Origin: Pelagomonas calceolata
Lineage: Eukaryota
Length of the DNA: 64,000 nt
Direction: 5' to 3'
NCBI GenBank assembly: GCA_918797485.1
Contig: CAKKNE010000002.1
Span: 682,001-746,000 of the forward strand
Of the stretch, positions 42,095-51,788 are shown piece after piece. The position numbers were made by a program, and so were the translations under genes. Numbering within the stretch: position 1 is the stretch's first letter; each line of letters starts with the position of its first letter. Below the pieces are notes generated by a model that saw only the letters and a program-made list of their open reading frames with translations, did no database searches and was not told where the DNA came from.

Positions 42095-42172
42095 ATATAG
42101 TGTCTTGTTACTCAAACCGCGTTGGACACGTCTAGATTAAGGAGGTAGTCGTTTTACATGGGAGCGCGGGAA

Positions 42173-44337
42173 CTACATGCTGATGCGGCTCCGGCCCGTC
42201 GACGGCGCCGCGCGCCGCGGCGTCCGCTTCCACGGCGTCGGCGTCGCGCCGTTGTGCAGGTCGCGGAAGGGCGACCGCGACGCGAGGGCCGCGCTGCCCG
42301 GCGGCGGCGTGTAGCCCGGCAAGCGCTCGCGCGACGCCTCGGCCGTCGCCAACTCCGTCCGGACGGGCTCCGACGGCGCGAGCCGCGCGGGCGCCGGCGT
42401 CTCCGCGCCGCGCGCGAGCGCCGCCATCCGCAGCCGCCGAAAGTCCTCGCGCAGCTTGAAGTGCTCCCGGCGCGAAGCCTCGAGCCGGAGCTCGGCGCGG
42501 TCCGCGGCCCGCCGCTGGGCGGCCTCGCGCGCGAGCGCGTCGCGGCAGGCCGCCTGGAGCCGCGCGACCTCGCCGGCGACCTCGCCGAGCTCGTGCTCCG
42601 CCGCGTCGAGGGCCGTGGCGCGTTCTCCTGTGTGGAAAAACCAGTGAATGAGGTTTTTTTGCGTCGACGGCGTGGGGCGGCCGAAATTTGTTTTCCACAC
42701 AGGGGCTTGCCGGCGGCGTCGAGCCGCCGCTGCGCGTCGGCGGCGGCGTCCCGCGCCCGCGCCGCCTGGTCCAGCGCGTCGTCGAGCTCGCGGCGCAGCG
42801 CCGCCGTCGTCGCCTCGGCCTCGGCGAGCGCCGCCCGCAGCGCGTCGCGCTCGGTGCGGTCCGCGCCCGCGGCCCGCGCGGCGTCGAAGGCCGCGCCCGC
42901 CGCCTCAACGGCAGCCGACCGCAGCGCCCGCTCGCGCGCGACGCGCCGGCGGCAGTCGAGCAGCGCGGCGTCGCTCCGCGCGCGGTCCTCGGCGACGGCG
43001 TCCGCGAGCCGCCGGGCCTCGGCCGCGACGCGCCGCCCCTGCGCGTCGGCCGCGGCCCGCGCGGCGCGCGCCGCCCCCTGGCACGCCAGGCGGCCCCGCG
43101 CCTCGGCGGCCGCGACGGCGCGCGCGAGCTGCGTCGCGACCTTGGAATTCGGCGTCGACCGCCGCGCGACCTGCTCGGCGGCCGCCCGCGCCGCCGTCGC
43201 CTCCCGGACCTCCGCCCGCGCCGCCTCCAGTGCCTGCTCCAGCTCGGCCGCGCGCGCCGCGTGGGTCGCTTCCGCGTCCTGCGCGAGCGCGTCGGCGCGC
43301 GCCTCGGCGGCCTCGACGGCGGCCACGAGCGCGTCGCGCTCCTGGCACGCCTCGTCGCGGCGCTCCTCCGCCGCCTCGACGGCCGTGACCAGCGCGTCGC
43401 GCGCCTGCTGCGCCTCGTCGCGCGCGCGCTCGGCCGCGGCCGCGCGCGCCTCGGCCTCCGCGGCCCGGGCATCCGTCTTCGCGTCGCGCGCGCGCTTCGA
43501 CGCCTCCCGCCGCAGGTCCGCCTCGAGCTGCGACACGTCGCCGCGCAGCGCGTCCCGCTCGCCCTCGACGGCCGCGAGGTCGCGCTTGAGGAGCGCGACC
43601 GCGTCGCCGACGTCCCGCTCGAGCGCCTCCTTGTGGCGCCGGCGGTGCTTCTCCTCGAGCTCCGAGTTCTTCCGGATCTGGGCCGCGACCTGGCGGCCGA
43701 GGGCCTCGGCCTGGCGGCGGGCCGCGTCGCGCTCCTCGACCAGCGCGTCGCGCGCCTCGTCGGCGCCGCCGCTCGACGCGCCGGCCTCGACGGCCGCGAG
43801 GCGCGCGCCCAGGGCCGCGCGCTCCGCCGCCGCCGCCGCGGCCTGCTCCCGGAGCGCCTCGCGCTCGGCCGCGGCGCGGTCCCGGTCCCGCTCGGCGCGC
43901 TCGCGCGCGGCCCGCTCCGCGTCGAGCTCGCCCGACGACGCCCGCAGCGCCGCCAGCTCGTGCTCGGCTTGCTCGCGCGCGGCCCGCTCCGACTCAAGAT
44001 CGCCCGACGACGCCCGCAGCGCCGCCAGCTCGTTCTCCGCGCGCTCCCGCGCGGCCTGTTCCGTCGCGAGCTCGCCCTCGAGGAGTTCGAGCGCGGCCTC
44101 GGCGTCCGAGTCCGGCGTCGGCGGGGGCGGCGCGCCTTGCCTCAGCTGGGCGTTCTCCTGGCAGAGGCGCGCGACGTCGTCCTCGCGCGCCGCGAGCAGC
44201 GCGGTGAGCTCCGCGGCGTCCGTGCCGCCCGCGACCAGCGCGAGCCGGCGCTTCAGCTGGTCGATCTCGAGCTTGTACGGGAGGCTGGGCGGCGGCGTGC
44301 GTTGCAGCGAGGTTCTCGTTGCCGGTGTTTCCGCCAT
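42173..44337 (-). CDS. Long coiled-coil protein; intron 42628-42710 (GC-AG)
   Basis: Heptad-rich A/E/R sequence. Splicing joins ...LDAAG|ERATALDAAEHEL..., continuing the coiled-coil frame. Confidence 0.7.
42628..42702. mobile_element. Short introner in minus-strand coiled-coil gene (intron 42628-42710)
   Basis: TIRs CTGTGTGGAAAA / TTTTCCACACAG. The GC donor lies exactly 8 nt outside the TIR. The TSD is degenerate. Confidence 0.8.
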
Positions 44338-44564
44338 GGTCGCGACTAGGGACGTGTGTGGCACGTCTAGTGCCGTTCGCGTCTCGTCGGCAGCGTGCGC
44401 GGCGCCCCGGGCGCTTTTGTCGTTTTTGTCGCGCACAAGGCGTGCTGCCGTAAATACGCGGGCACACTAAGGCAAGGACGTTGCCAGTGTGCTTTGGAGT
44501 GCTTGCCTTGGCTCGATCGCGTCTGCGCGAGGAGACCGGGGCACGGTTGGGCTTTTTGATTGAC

Positions 44565-44586
44565 GCTAGTGCCTCTATACGCTGGC
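44565..44586 (+). promoter_or_regulatory. Degenerate CTAG dyad intergenic element
   Basis: GCTAGTGCCTCTATACGCTGGC, centred between divergent ATGs 44337/44836. Confidence 0.45.
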
Positions 44587-44835
44587 GAGGTTTCTCAAGA
44601 ACCGATCATCTGCCTTGTAGTGCGTAAGGGATCGGCTAGGAACGCTCGCAGGTGCCTCCGAGCTTCGATGGCGGTGCAGAGGCTCAAGGCTGCAGTGCTT
44701 TTGCGGCGAGGCGAGAAGAGCGCCGCTGTCTCGCACAAGTGCACTCAGAGCACGAGTGACAGCACGAGTAATCGCACAGCTCGACCGCTGCAACGTTGCC
44801 GGCAGCTTTGCGCACCCTAGAGCACTGCACAGGTG

Positions 44836-47343
44836 ATGGACTACCAACTCAAGCGCGTCGCCGGCGCCGTGCACAGCGCGGGCAACGTTTTGTTTGATGG
44901 CGGCGACCGCCTTTTTAGTGCGATCGGAAATAGAATTGCTTGCGTCGATCTAAGAAGGCAGGCGGCGGATGCCGTCGGAGACTTCGAAACGCGAAGTGAT
45001 ATAGATAGACTGGCATTGACAAGTGACGGGTGCCTGCTGTGCGCTGTGGATGTTGAAGGCAGGTTGAGCTGCGTGCACACTTCTCGGAGGGTTGTGCTGC
45101 ACCGGTTGCATCTGGGCGGCCGCTGTGCGGACCTGACGTTCAGTCCCGACGACGGGCTGCTGGCCGTGGCCGTGAAGAACGGTGTCGTACTATGGCGCGC
45201 GCCGGCGCAACGGCGTAGAGATTTGGCGCCCTTTGCGCGCTTACGGCGCTTCGGGGGCTTTACACGACAAACAACGTGCCTGACCTGGTCCGCGGACGCG
45301 CATTTGTTAGCCTGCGGGTCGGAGGACAACTCCGTGCGCGTGTTTCGCGTGGAATTGGACGAGGACGAACGGATCAAGCCCTACGTCCTCGCCGCGCACA
45401 AGGCGTCGATCGTGCGATGCTTCTTCGTGGGCAGTACCATAGCGTCCTGCGCGCGGGACTGCGTCGTGGCCTTCTGGGAGCTTGACAATGGTGTCTCATT
45501 AGCCTCGAAGAAGTTCCTCTGGGAGGATGCCAATGATGGCGAGCAGCGAAGATATGATGGTCGACTCGTCGACGCGGCGGCATCGTCCACCTTATTAGCC
45601 TGCGCCTTTTCGACGGGCGTGTTTGCCGTGTATGATACTTCAGGGAAACACCGCTGTGCCTGCGTCCACCGACTGTCAGTCGCGAGGGGTTCCGTCGACG
45701 CCATATCGATCGACTCCACTGGCAGTAGAATAGCGCTGGCGTCCCAGCGGTTCGGCCAGTTGGTGGTCTGGGACTGGCGCGCCGAGACCTTTGTGCTCAA
45801 ACAGCAGGGCCACGACCACGCGGCGACGTGCTGCGCGTGGTCGCCGGACGGGCGGCTTTGTATCAGCGGCGCGGACGATCGAAGGGTCAAGGTCTGGAGC
45901 GACTCCAGCGGATTTTGCTTCGCGACGTTTTCCGACCACCAGGCGCCGGTCACGGCCGTGGCGTGTGCGAGGAACGTGGTGTTCTCGGCTTCGAGGGACG
46001 GGACCGTGCGAGCATATGATCTAAGAAGGTACCGCCAGTTCCGGGTCTTCAAGGCGCCGCCGCCTAGAGCCGCGTCCAACGTCTCGAGCACGTCGGAGCC
46101 GGGCGCGCCCCTCGTGTCATTGACCGTCGACGCGGACGCGGAACTGGTCTGCGCGGGCGGCGACGAGCCGTACGAGGTGTATGTCTGGTCCGTGCGGTCG
46201 GGCCAACTGCTCGACGCGCTCGCGGCGCACGAGGGGCCCGTCTGTGCGTTGGCGCTGGATCCGAGAGGAGGAGGTGGTTTAGCGTCGGGCAGCTGGGACA
46301 AGACTGTTAGATTGTGGCGCGTCTATCGGAATGAATTAGAAGAAACTTTAGAACACAACGCGGAGGTCTTATCGGTAGCGTATCGGAGGGACGGCGGCCA
46401 GTTAGTGGTGGCTTGTCTAGATGGTTCGTTGCGGATATGGAACTCGAAGACGGCAAAACTCTTATATACCATTGATGGGGCGCGTGATTTAGCGAAATCA
46501 GACCGATTCTTAGCAAAGCGTCCGAAGCAAGAAGCGCCGCACTTTACCTGTGTAACTTATTCAGCGGACGGCGAACGCGTATTGGCCGGCGGGTCGGGGC
46601 GGTTCGTCTGCTGCTACCAGGTCCAGCAACAGGTTTTGGTGGCCAAGTTCCGCGTGTCGCATCGCAGAGAAGATGCTGAGGATGATAGTGACGACGAGGG
46701 CGTCATGGAGCGCGTGAAAGGGGTGAGGCGCGAGTACGCGGACGACGACGACGACGATTTGGAGGCCTTGCCTGGTTCCACGACCCGAAAGGCGGGAAAC
46801 GCTTTATCCAGAGATGTCTCACGGGTCAACGCCGTGGCCTTCAGCCCGACCGGGAGTAGCTTCTGCGCGTGCACGCCGGGGGCTCTCCTGTTCTACCGCA
46901 AGGACGACGCGACGAATTTCGCGCCCTTTGATGTGGACGAGGCGGCCACCCCTGAAAGCGCGCGCCGGGCGCTGGCCGAGGGCCAGCCCGCGCGGGCGCT
47001 GGCGTTCGCGCTGGCTCTCGGCCACGCGCCGACGCTCGCCGAGGTCGTGGCGGGCATCTCCCTGGCGTCCGTCGACGTTTGTGTGAGGGGCCTGCCGCCG
47101 AACAAGCTGCCTCGATTACTACGGCACCTGTCGGCCTGTTTAGCCAACGACGAGAACTTCGAGTTCTACGCCATTTGGCTCCGGAGTCTGCTGCGGAGCG
47201 CGCCCGAGGAGGTCCTGCGCGACGAGGCGCCTGCTTTACGGGAAGCGACGCGGAGCTTGTTATTACACAAGCGGGCGCTGTCCTCGCTGGTGGACGACAA
47301 CGAGAACGCGCTCGCGTTCCTGCTGTCCGAGAATAATGTGTAG
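44836..47343 (+). CDS. PWP2: Periodic tryptophan protein 2 / Utp1 (SSU processome)
   Basis: Contains GQLVVWDWRAETFVLKQQGH, SGFCFATFSDH, DGTVRAYDLRRYRQFRVF and a Utp12-like C-terminus. Confidence 0.93.
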   Translation: MDYQLKRVAGAVHSAGNVLFDGGDRLFSAIGNRIACVDLRRQAADAVGDFETRSDIDRLALTSDGCLLCAVDVEGRLSCVHTSRRVVLHRLHLGGRCADLTFSPDDGLLAVAVKNGVVLWRAPAQRRRDLAPFARLRRFGGFTRQTTCLTWSADAHLLACGSEDNSVRVFRVELDEDERIKPYVLAAHKASIVRCFFVGSTIASCARDCVVAFWELDNGVSLASKKFLWEDANDGEQRRYDGRLVDAAASSTLLACAFSTGVFAVYDTSGKHRCACVHRLSVARGSVDAISIDSTGSRIALASQRFGQLVVWDWRAETFVLKQQGHDHAATCCAWSPDGRLCISGADDRRVKVWSDSSGFCFATFSDHQAPVTAVACARNVVFSASRDGTVRAYDLRRYRQFRVFKAPPPRAASNVSSTSEPGAPLVSLTVDADAELVCAGGDEPYEVYVWSVRSGQLLDALAAHEGPVCALALDPRGGGGLASGSWDKTVRLWRVYRNELEETLEHNAEVLSVAYRRDGGQLVVACLDGSLRIWNSKTAKLLYTIDGARDLAKSDRFLAKRPKQEAPHFTCVTYSADGERVLAGGSGRFVCCYQVQQQVLVAKFRVSHRREDAEDDSDDEGVMERVKGVRREYADDDDDDLEALPGSTTRKAGNALSRDVSRVNAVAFSPTGSSFCACTPGALLFYRKDDATNFAPFDVDEAATPESARRALAEGQPARALAFALALGHAPTLAEVVAGISLASVDVCVRGLPPNKLPRLLRHLSACLANDENFEFYAIWLRSLLRSAPEEVLRDEAPALREATRSLLLHKRALSSLVDDNENALAFLLSENNV

Positions 47344-47365
47344 TAATATTCACGAGCACATGACT

Positions 47366-47941
47366 TTACGCATCCTCCTTCTCCTCCGCCACGAAGCCAA
47401 AATCGAATTTCTTCTGCGACTTCTCGCGGAGCGTGAACGACAGGTTCCGCACGCGCGCCGCCTCGAGGAGCTGCTCCCGCGAGATGAAGCCCGGCGTTTG
47501 GGTGGCGAGCGCGTCGAAGTCCGTCGAGCAGAAGTGGCGCCCCGCGACGCGCTCCGCCGTGTCCTTGTCGATGCGCTCGGGCAGGGCCTGCGCGCTGCCC
47601 ATCACCCGGGCGCCGCCGTTGTGGAAGACGTAGCCTGCGCGCGCATCGACCGGTGAGTCGGGTGGCTTTGTGCGTCGCGGCGTTTGCTTTCTCGGCGAGA
47701 ACGCGGCCGCGCCGGCTGAATCGAACGGCGAGAGACCACGCCGCCACGCCATCGAGCTCATATCATGAAGATGGCGCGGAGACCATGATTCAGCTGTGGC
47801 GCGACGCGCCGCCATAATTTGATTCAGGCGCTGTGTGTCACCTTGATGGGGAGAAGCAGCCCGGGGCGACGACGCGACCGACGACTGCGCGCGCACGCAG
47901 CTCTTAAGCCCGTTCCGGAGTCCGGCCAGCCACCGCGTCAT
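47366..47941 (-). CDS. Small hypothetical protein, probable in-frame 207-nt intron 47635-47841
   Basis: GT...GCGCAG with an introner-like hairpin motif inside. The 3' exon YVFHNGGARVMG... looks coding. The start is uncertain. Confidence 0.45.
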   Translation of the reverse strand: MTRWLAGLRNGLKSCVRAQSSVASSPRAASPHQGDTQRLNQIMAARRATAESWSPRHLHDMSSMAWRRGLSPFDSAGAAAFSPRKQTPRRTKPPDSPVDARAGYVFHNGGARVMGSAQALPERIDKDTAERVAGRHFCSTDFDALATQTPGFISREQLLEAARVRNLSFTLREKSQKKFDFGFVAEEKEDA

Positions 47942-48527
47942 ATATACGCCCGGGCGTTTGGCGTCTCAAGTGCGTACGCTGTACGAGTTCGAACTTTGAG
48001 GCGCTCCACCGCCGCCGGTCGCGCGGAGGAGTCGTCCCGAAGAGCCGAGCATCCCTGGTACCTGCTTCCGGACACACTCTCTTCCGGATCCGAGGGATAG
48101 AGTGTGCGGGTTTTTCCCTCCGTTGCAACTTGCGAGCGTGTGTGCGAGTATTTCTGGTTCCACGAGCACTCTCAAAAACCACGCTTGCGACAGACACGGG
48201 CCATCCGTGCTTCCCCAGTGGGCGCCGCCGACGACGCGCCCGGGCCGCGTCCGCCGCGTCTGAGTGGGGACACGAGCTCAGAGCCACGAGAATACCCCAT
48301 GAACGGTACGGAGCAGACGGATCCGAGTGTGTTTTTTGGGCCACTCGCCCCTTCAATAGCCCCTTACTTCAGCTGCCTTATTTTCTCGCAGCCTCCGCCA
48401 ATTGTTCGTGGGGCCGACAAGCTGCCACCAGGCGACGAAGACCGCCCAAGGCACTATATATTTTTATTGGGAAGCCCTGGGGAGCCGCGGGCAGCGCGGA
48501 GACGCCAAGAGGAGCGAAGAAAGCGCC

Positions 48528-51355
48528 ATGATGGATGACATCGAGAAGACCAAACCGGTCGATGCGGCCCCGGCGGACGACGACGAGACCGGCGCGGGCT
48601 GCGACGTCTGCATGCCGCCCATCGCGCTGGTCGGCGCCGACGATTATGATTACAAGTACCTGTGCATGCCGTCGATGGTCCGCGCGCTGCGTAGAAATCA
48701 ATTGCAACGCGCTACACGCCATCGACGCGATGGACTCGATGGCGTGGGACTCACTGGTTTATTTTCTCACAGCCGTGGAGCAAGGGCGGCGTCGAGCCGC
48801 CGCAGTTCCTCGCCAAGGACGAGAAGCTGCCCCTGACGCTCTCGCTAATCATGGGCCTGCAGCACGCGCTGGCTATGGTTGCGGGTCGGCGACGGCGTCC
48901 GTTTCGTCGCTCGCGTACCGCGCTTCACCGGCGGTCGACGCCCGCGCAGGCATCGCCACGAGCGGCGGCATGCTCATCGCGGGCGACGCCTGCTTCGATT
49001 GGCAAAAGGACTCGGAGATGTGCGATAGCCGCGAGTACCTCGTGAGCGCCGCCTGGATCACGTCGGGCATCCTCACGATCATCCAGGTCTTCCGCGCGAA
49101 GATCATCGGCACGGGCTACTACCTCGGCACGGGCCTCATCTCCGTCATGGGCACGTCCTTCACGTTCCTGCCGATCGCGCGCGAGATGGTCATCCGCGCC
49201 ATCACGGACGCGCAGGCCGAGGGCAAGTGCGACTGCACGCCGGGCACGGCCGACGACGGCTCCGCGACGTGCGGCTACCCCTTCGACTGCAAGGGCTACG
49301 GCATGGAGGGCTACGGCCGGTTCCTCGGCACGGCCATGGTCGCGGCCTTCCTGGAGGTGGTCATTGCGCTCATGCCGTCAAAGATGCGCCAGAAGATGTT
49401 CCCGCCGGTGGTGACGGGCGTCGCGGTCATGCTCATCGGCGCGTCGCTCATCGCGGCGGGCATCAAGTACGTGGGCGGCGGCGTGTTCTGCGCCGAGAAC
49501 GACCTCGCCAAGTCGGCCGCGCTGCCGTTCGGGCCGCAGCTCTGCAACGAGAACGGCAACGTCATGTTACCATTCGGGAGCCCGGAGTACGTCGGCCTCG
49601 CGTTCAGTGCCGACGCGGCGTCCTCGATCGTGTCGATCGCGTCTCGGGGAGAAGCTTCAGCCTCGCGCCATCGAGCAAACTTGTCGCGCAGGCGTCATCT
49701 TCATGAGCGTCTTCCTCCAGTTCTTTGGGAGCCCCTTCCTCAAGTCGACGTTCCTCTTTTGGGGCCTGATGTTCGGCTGCTTCGTGGCCGGCATCAGCAC
49801 GTACGAGGGCAAGGGCTCGGTCTGGGACAAGTACGAGCGCACGTTCAGCTTCTCGAAGCCCGACGACAAGGTCATCGCGTCCGAGGTGCACATGAAGCAG
49901 GGGCGCCAGTACAAGTACTTCAACGACTACCGCATCCGCAACGCGCCCTGGTTCACGTTCCTCTGGGCCGAGACGTTTCCGCTGGGCTTCGCGCCGGAGT
50001 ACTTCCTCCCGATCCTGATCGGCTATTTCGTCTCGACCTGCGTGGAAATCAATCAGTGAGTTAGGTTATCCTGAGAAATATTGCGTGGACCTTCGTGAGC
50101 CTCCACGCCATCGAGCCGACGCGGTCGCGGAGAAAACGTCGCGTCGATGGCGTGGGGCGCCCGAAATTTGATTTCCACTCAGGTCTCGACGGCGGAGACG
50201 ATCGGCGACGTGACCATGTCTTGCAAGTACTCGAAGCTCGAGACGGAAGGGCCTGACTTCGAGAGCCGCGTGCAAGGCGGGTTGCTCGCGGACGGCGTCA
50301 ACTCGTTCCTCGCCTGCCTCTTCACGAGCCCGCCCAATACCACCTTCTCGCAGAACAACGGCGTCATCTCGCTCACGCAGTGCGCGTCGCGGTCCGCGGG
50401 CTTCTCGTGCGCGTTCTGGCTGATATTGTTCGGTGTGTTCGGGAAACTGGGCGCGGCGTTCACGTCGATCCCCATCTGCGTGGTCGGGGGCCTCGTGCTC
50501 CAGTGTTTCGCGAGCGTGTTCGTCTCGGGGATGTTCATCGCTACCAAACACGCGACTCGCCGCAACGCCTTCATCCTCATGCTGTCGCTGGCCCTCGGCA
50601 TCGGCGTCGCCATGGAGCCAAATCTTTTCGAGGGCGGCGGCGTGGCGTCCTTCCACGGGAAGAACCTCCGGCACAACACTGGGTTTTGGCCCCGCTACAA
50701 GACGTGCAAGACGTTCCCGGTCGACTCGGAGACGGGCGCGCAGGTGCGCACGTGCACGAACGACAACGGCGCGTGCTGTTCCGAGTACGACAAGGGCGAT
50801 GACCTGTGTGGAAATCAACCATAATTCTTCACTAAGTCATTTCTCGGCGATGACGTGGCCGCGCTGGTTCCGTCGAGCGGTGAGGAACCGACACCGCCAC
50901 GCCATCGAGCAGGCGTCGCGTCGATGGCGTGGAGATCGATGCGGCTATTCAGGACGAACGCGCCGTAAATTTGATTTCCGCACAGGCGAGGATTCCAATA
51001 GAACGACCGCGATCATCCTCCTCAAAACGCCGTACGCCATCGGCTTCGTACTGTGTGAAAATCAACCAGTGTGTCGGGTGCAAAATTTTTCACTAAGTCA
51101 TTTCTCGGCGATGACGCGGCCATCCTGGCTCGGTCGAGCGGTGAGGAACCGGCATCGCCACGCCATCGAGCAGGCGTCGCGTCGATGGCGTGGAGATCGA
51201 TGCGATGATTCAGCACGAACGCGCCGTAAAATTTTGATTTCCACACAGGCTTCATCGTCGCCCTCTTCCTGCACCTCCTGCTGCCCGAGGACAAGGAGGA
51301 AGAGGAGGAAGAGGAATCCGGCAAGGAAATGAAGGTCGACCCGGTCGAGGCGTGA
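48528..51355 (+). CDS. NCS2/NAT purine (uric acid-xanthine, UapA-like) permease; introns 48678-48772, 48885-48949, 49607-49691, 50030-50182, 50796-50985, 51043-51248
   Basis: Contains MGLQHALAMVAG, GLISVMGTSF, FPPVVTG, ETIGD and the NAT signature PPNTTFSQNNGVISLTQCASR. The six introns restore one continuous frame to TGA 51353-51355. Confidence 0.9.
48687..48772. mobile_element. Degenerate introner in first intron of NCS2 gene
   Basis: Ends CTGCGTAGAAATCAA ... GGTTTATTTTCTCACAG. Internal CACGCCATCGA/TCGATGGCGTG hairpin. Confidence 0.7.
50038..50182 (+). mobile_element. Introner element (non-autonomous TIR DNA transposon) forming intron 50030-50182
   Basis: TIRs CTGCGTGGAAATCAA / TTGATTTCCACTCAG. 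Perfect 8-bp TSD GTCTCGAC at 50030-50037 and 50183-50190. Confidence 0.92.
50804..50985 (+). mobile_element. Introner element forming GC-AG intron 50796-50985
   Basis: TIRs CTGTGTGGAAATCAA / TTGATTTCCGCACAG. TSD GCGATGAC/GCGAGGAT (6/8 match). Confidence 0.9.
51051..51248 (+). mobile_element. Introner element forming GC-AG intron 51043-51248
   Basis: TIRs CTGTGTGAAAATCAA / TTGATTTCCACACAG. TSD GCTTCGTA/GCTTCATC (6/8 match). Body is highly similar to 50804-50985. Confidence 0.9.
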
Positions 51356-51612
51356 AGCAACCCCCCCGCTTGTCCATACGCACCCCGCCTCGAGCGATCC
51401 CCCCAAGGCCCACGCTCGGCATGGAAACAAGCTTCCAATTCGACGACTGACCCCGTGTTACATAAGTCCTACACATAATATCGACGCCTCCGCCGGGCGA
51501 CGCGTCGCCGCCGGCCCACCCCGCGGCCGCCGCCGTGCGTGAGGAGGGGCTGTAGTGGGCTGCTACAAGTCATTCGTAAGTTATTCGTATAATCAAAGCC
51601 TGGCTATTGTAC

Positions 51613-51637
51613 CCTAGCGGTCAGTAGACATACTAGC
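51613..51637 (-). promoter_or_regulatory. CTAG dyad intergenic element
   Basis: CCTAGCGGTCAGTAGACATACTAGC, upstream of DLST. Confidence 0.65.
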
Positions 51638-51788
51638 GTTTTCCATGCTCCGCGGAGCCAACCAATCGGCGCAAGGGGATCGCGCGACGCAAGTGCGCAG
51701 CGCGTCGAGTATAGCTTTCGATTGCGGTGGGCCTTTGCCGTAAGCAGCGGCCGCCGGCTTAGCTAGCAGCGCTCACTCCTCCTGCAAC

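Noticed and set aside
42097..42106. TAGTGTCTT half-match to the dyad in a convergent gap; also a loose CTAG...CTAG at about 15962-15982
   Set aside because: The first lacks the second arm and the second lacks the core, so both may be chance.
42132..44470. Several very long overlapping ORFs (770, 621, 553 aa) on both strands; similar stacks at 25243-26894 and 55128-59273
   Set aside because: These are shadow ORFs caused by extreme GC content and stop-codon scarcity. They translate to Arg/Pro/Ala-rich nonsense.
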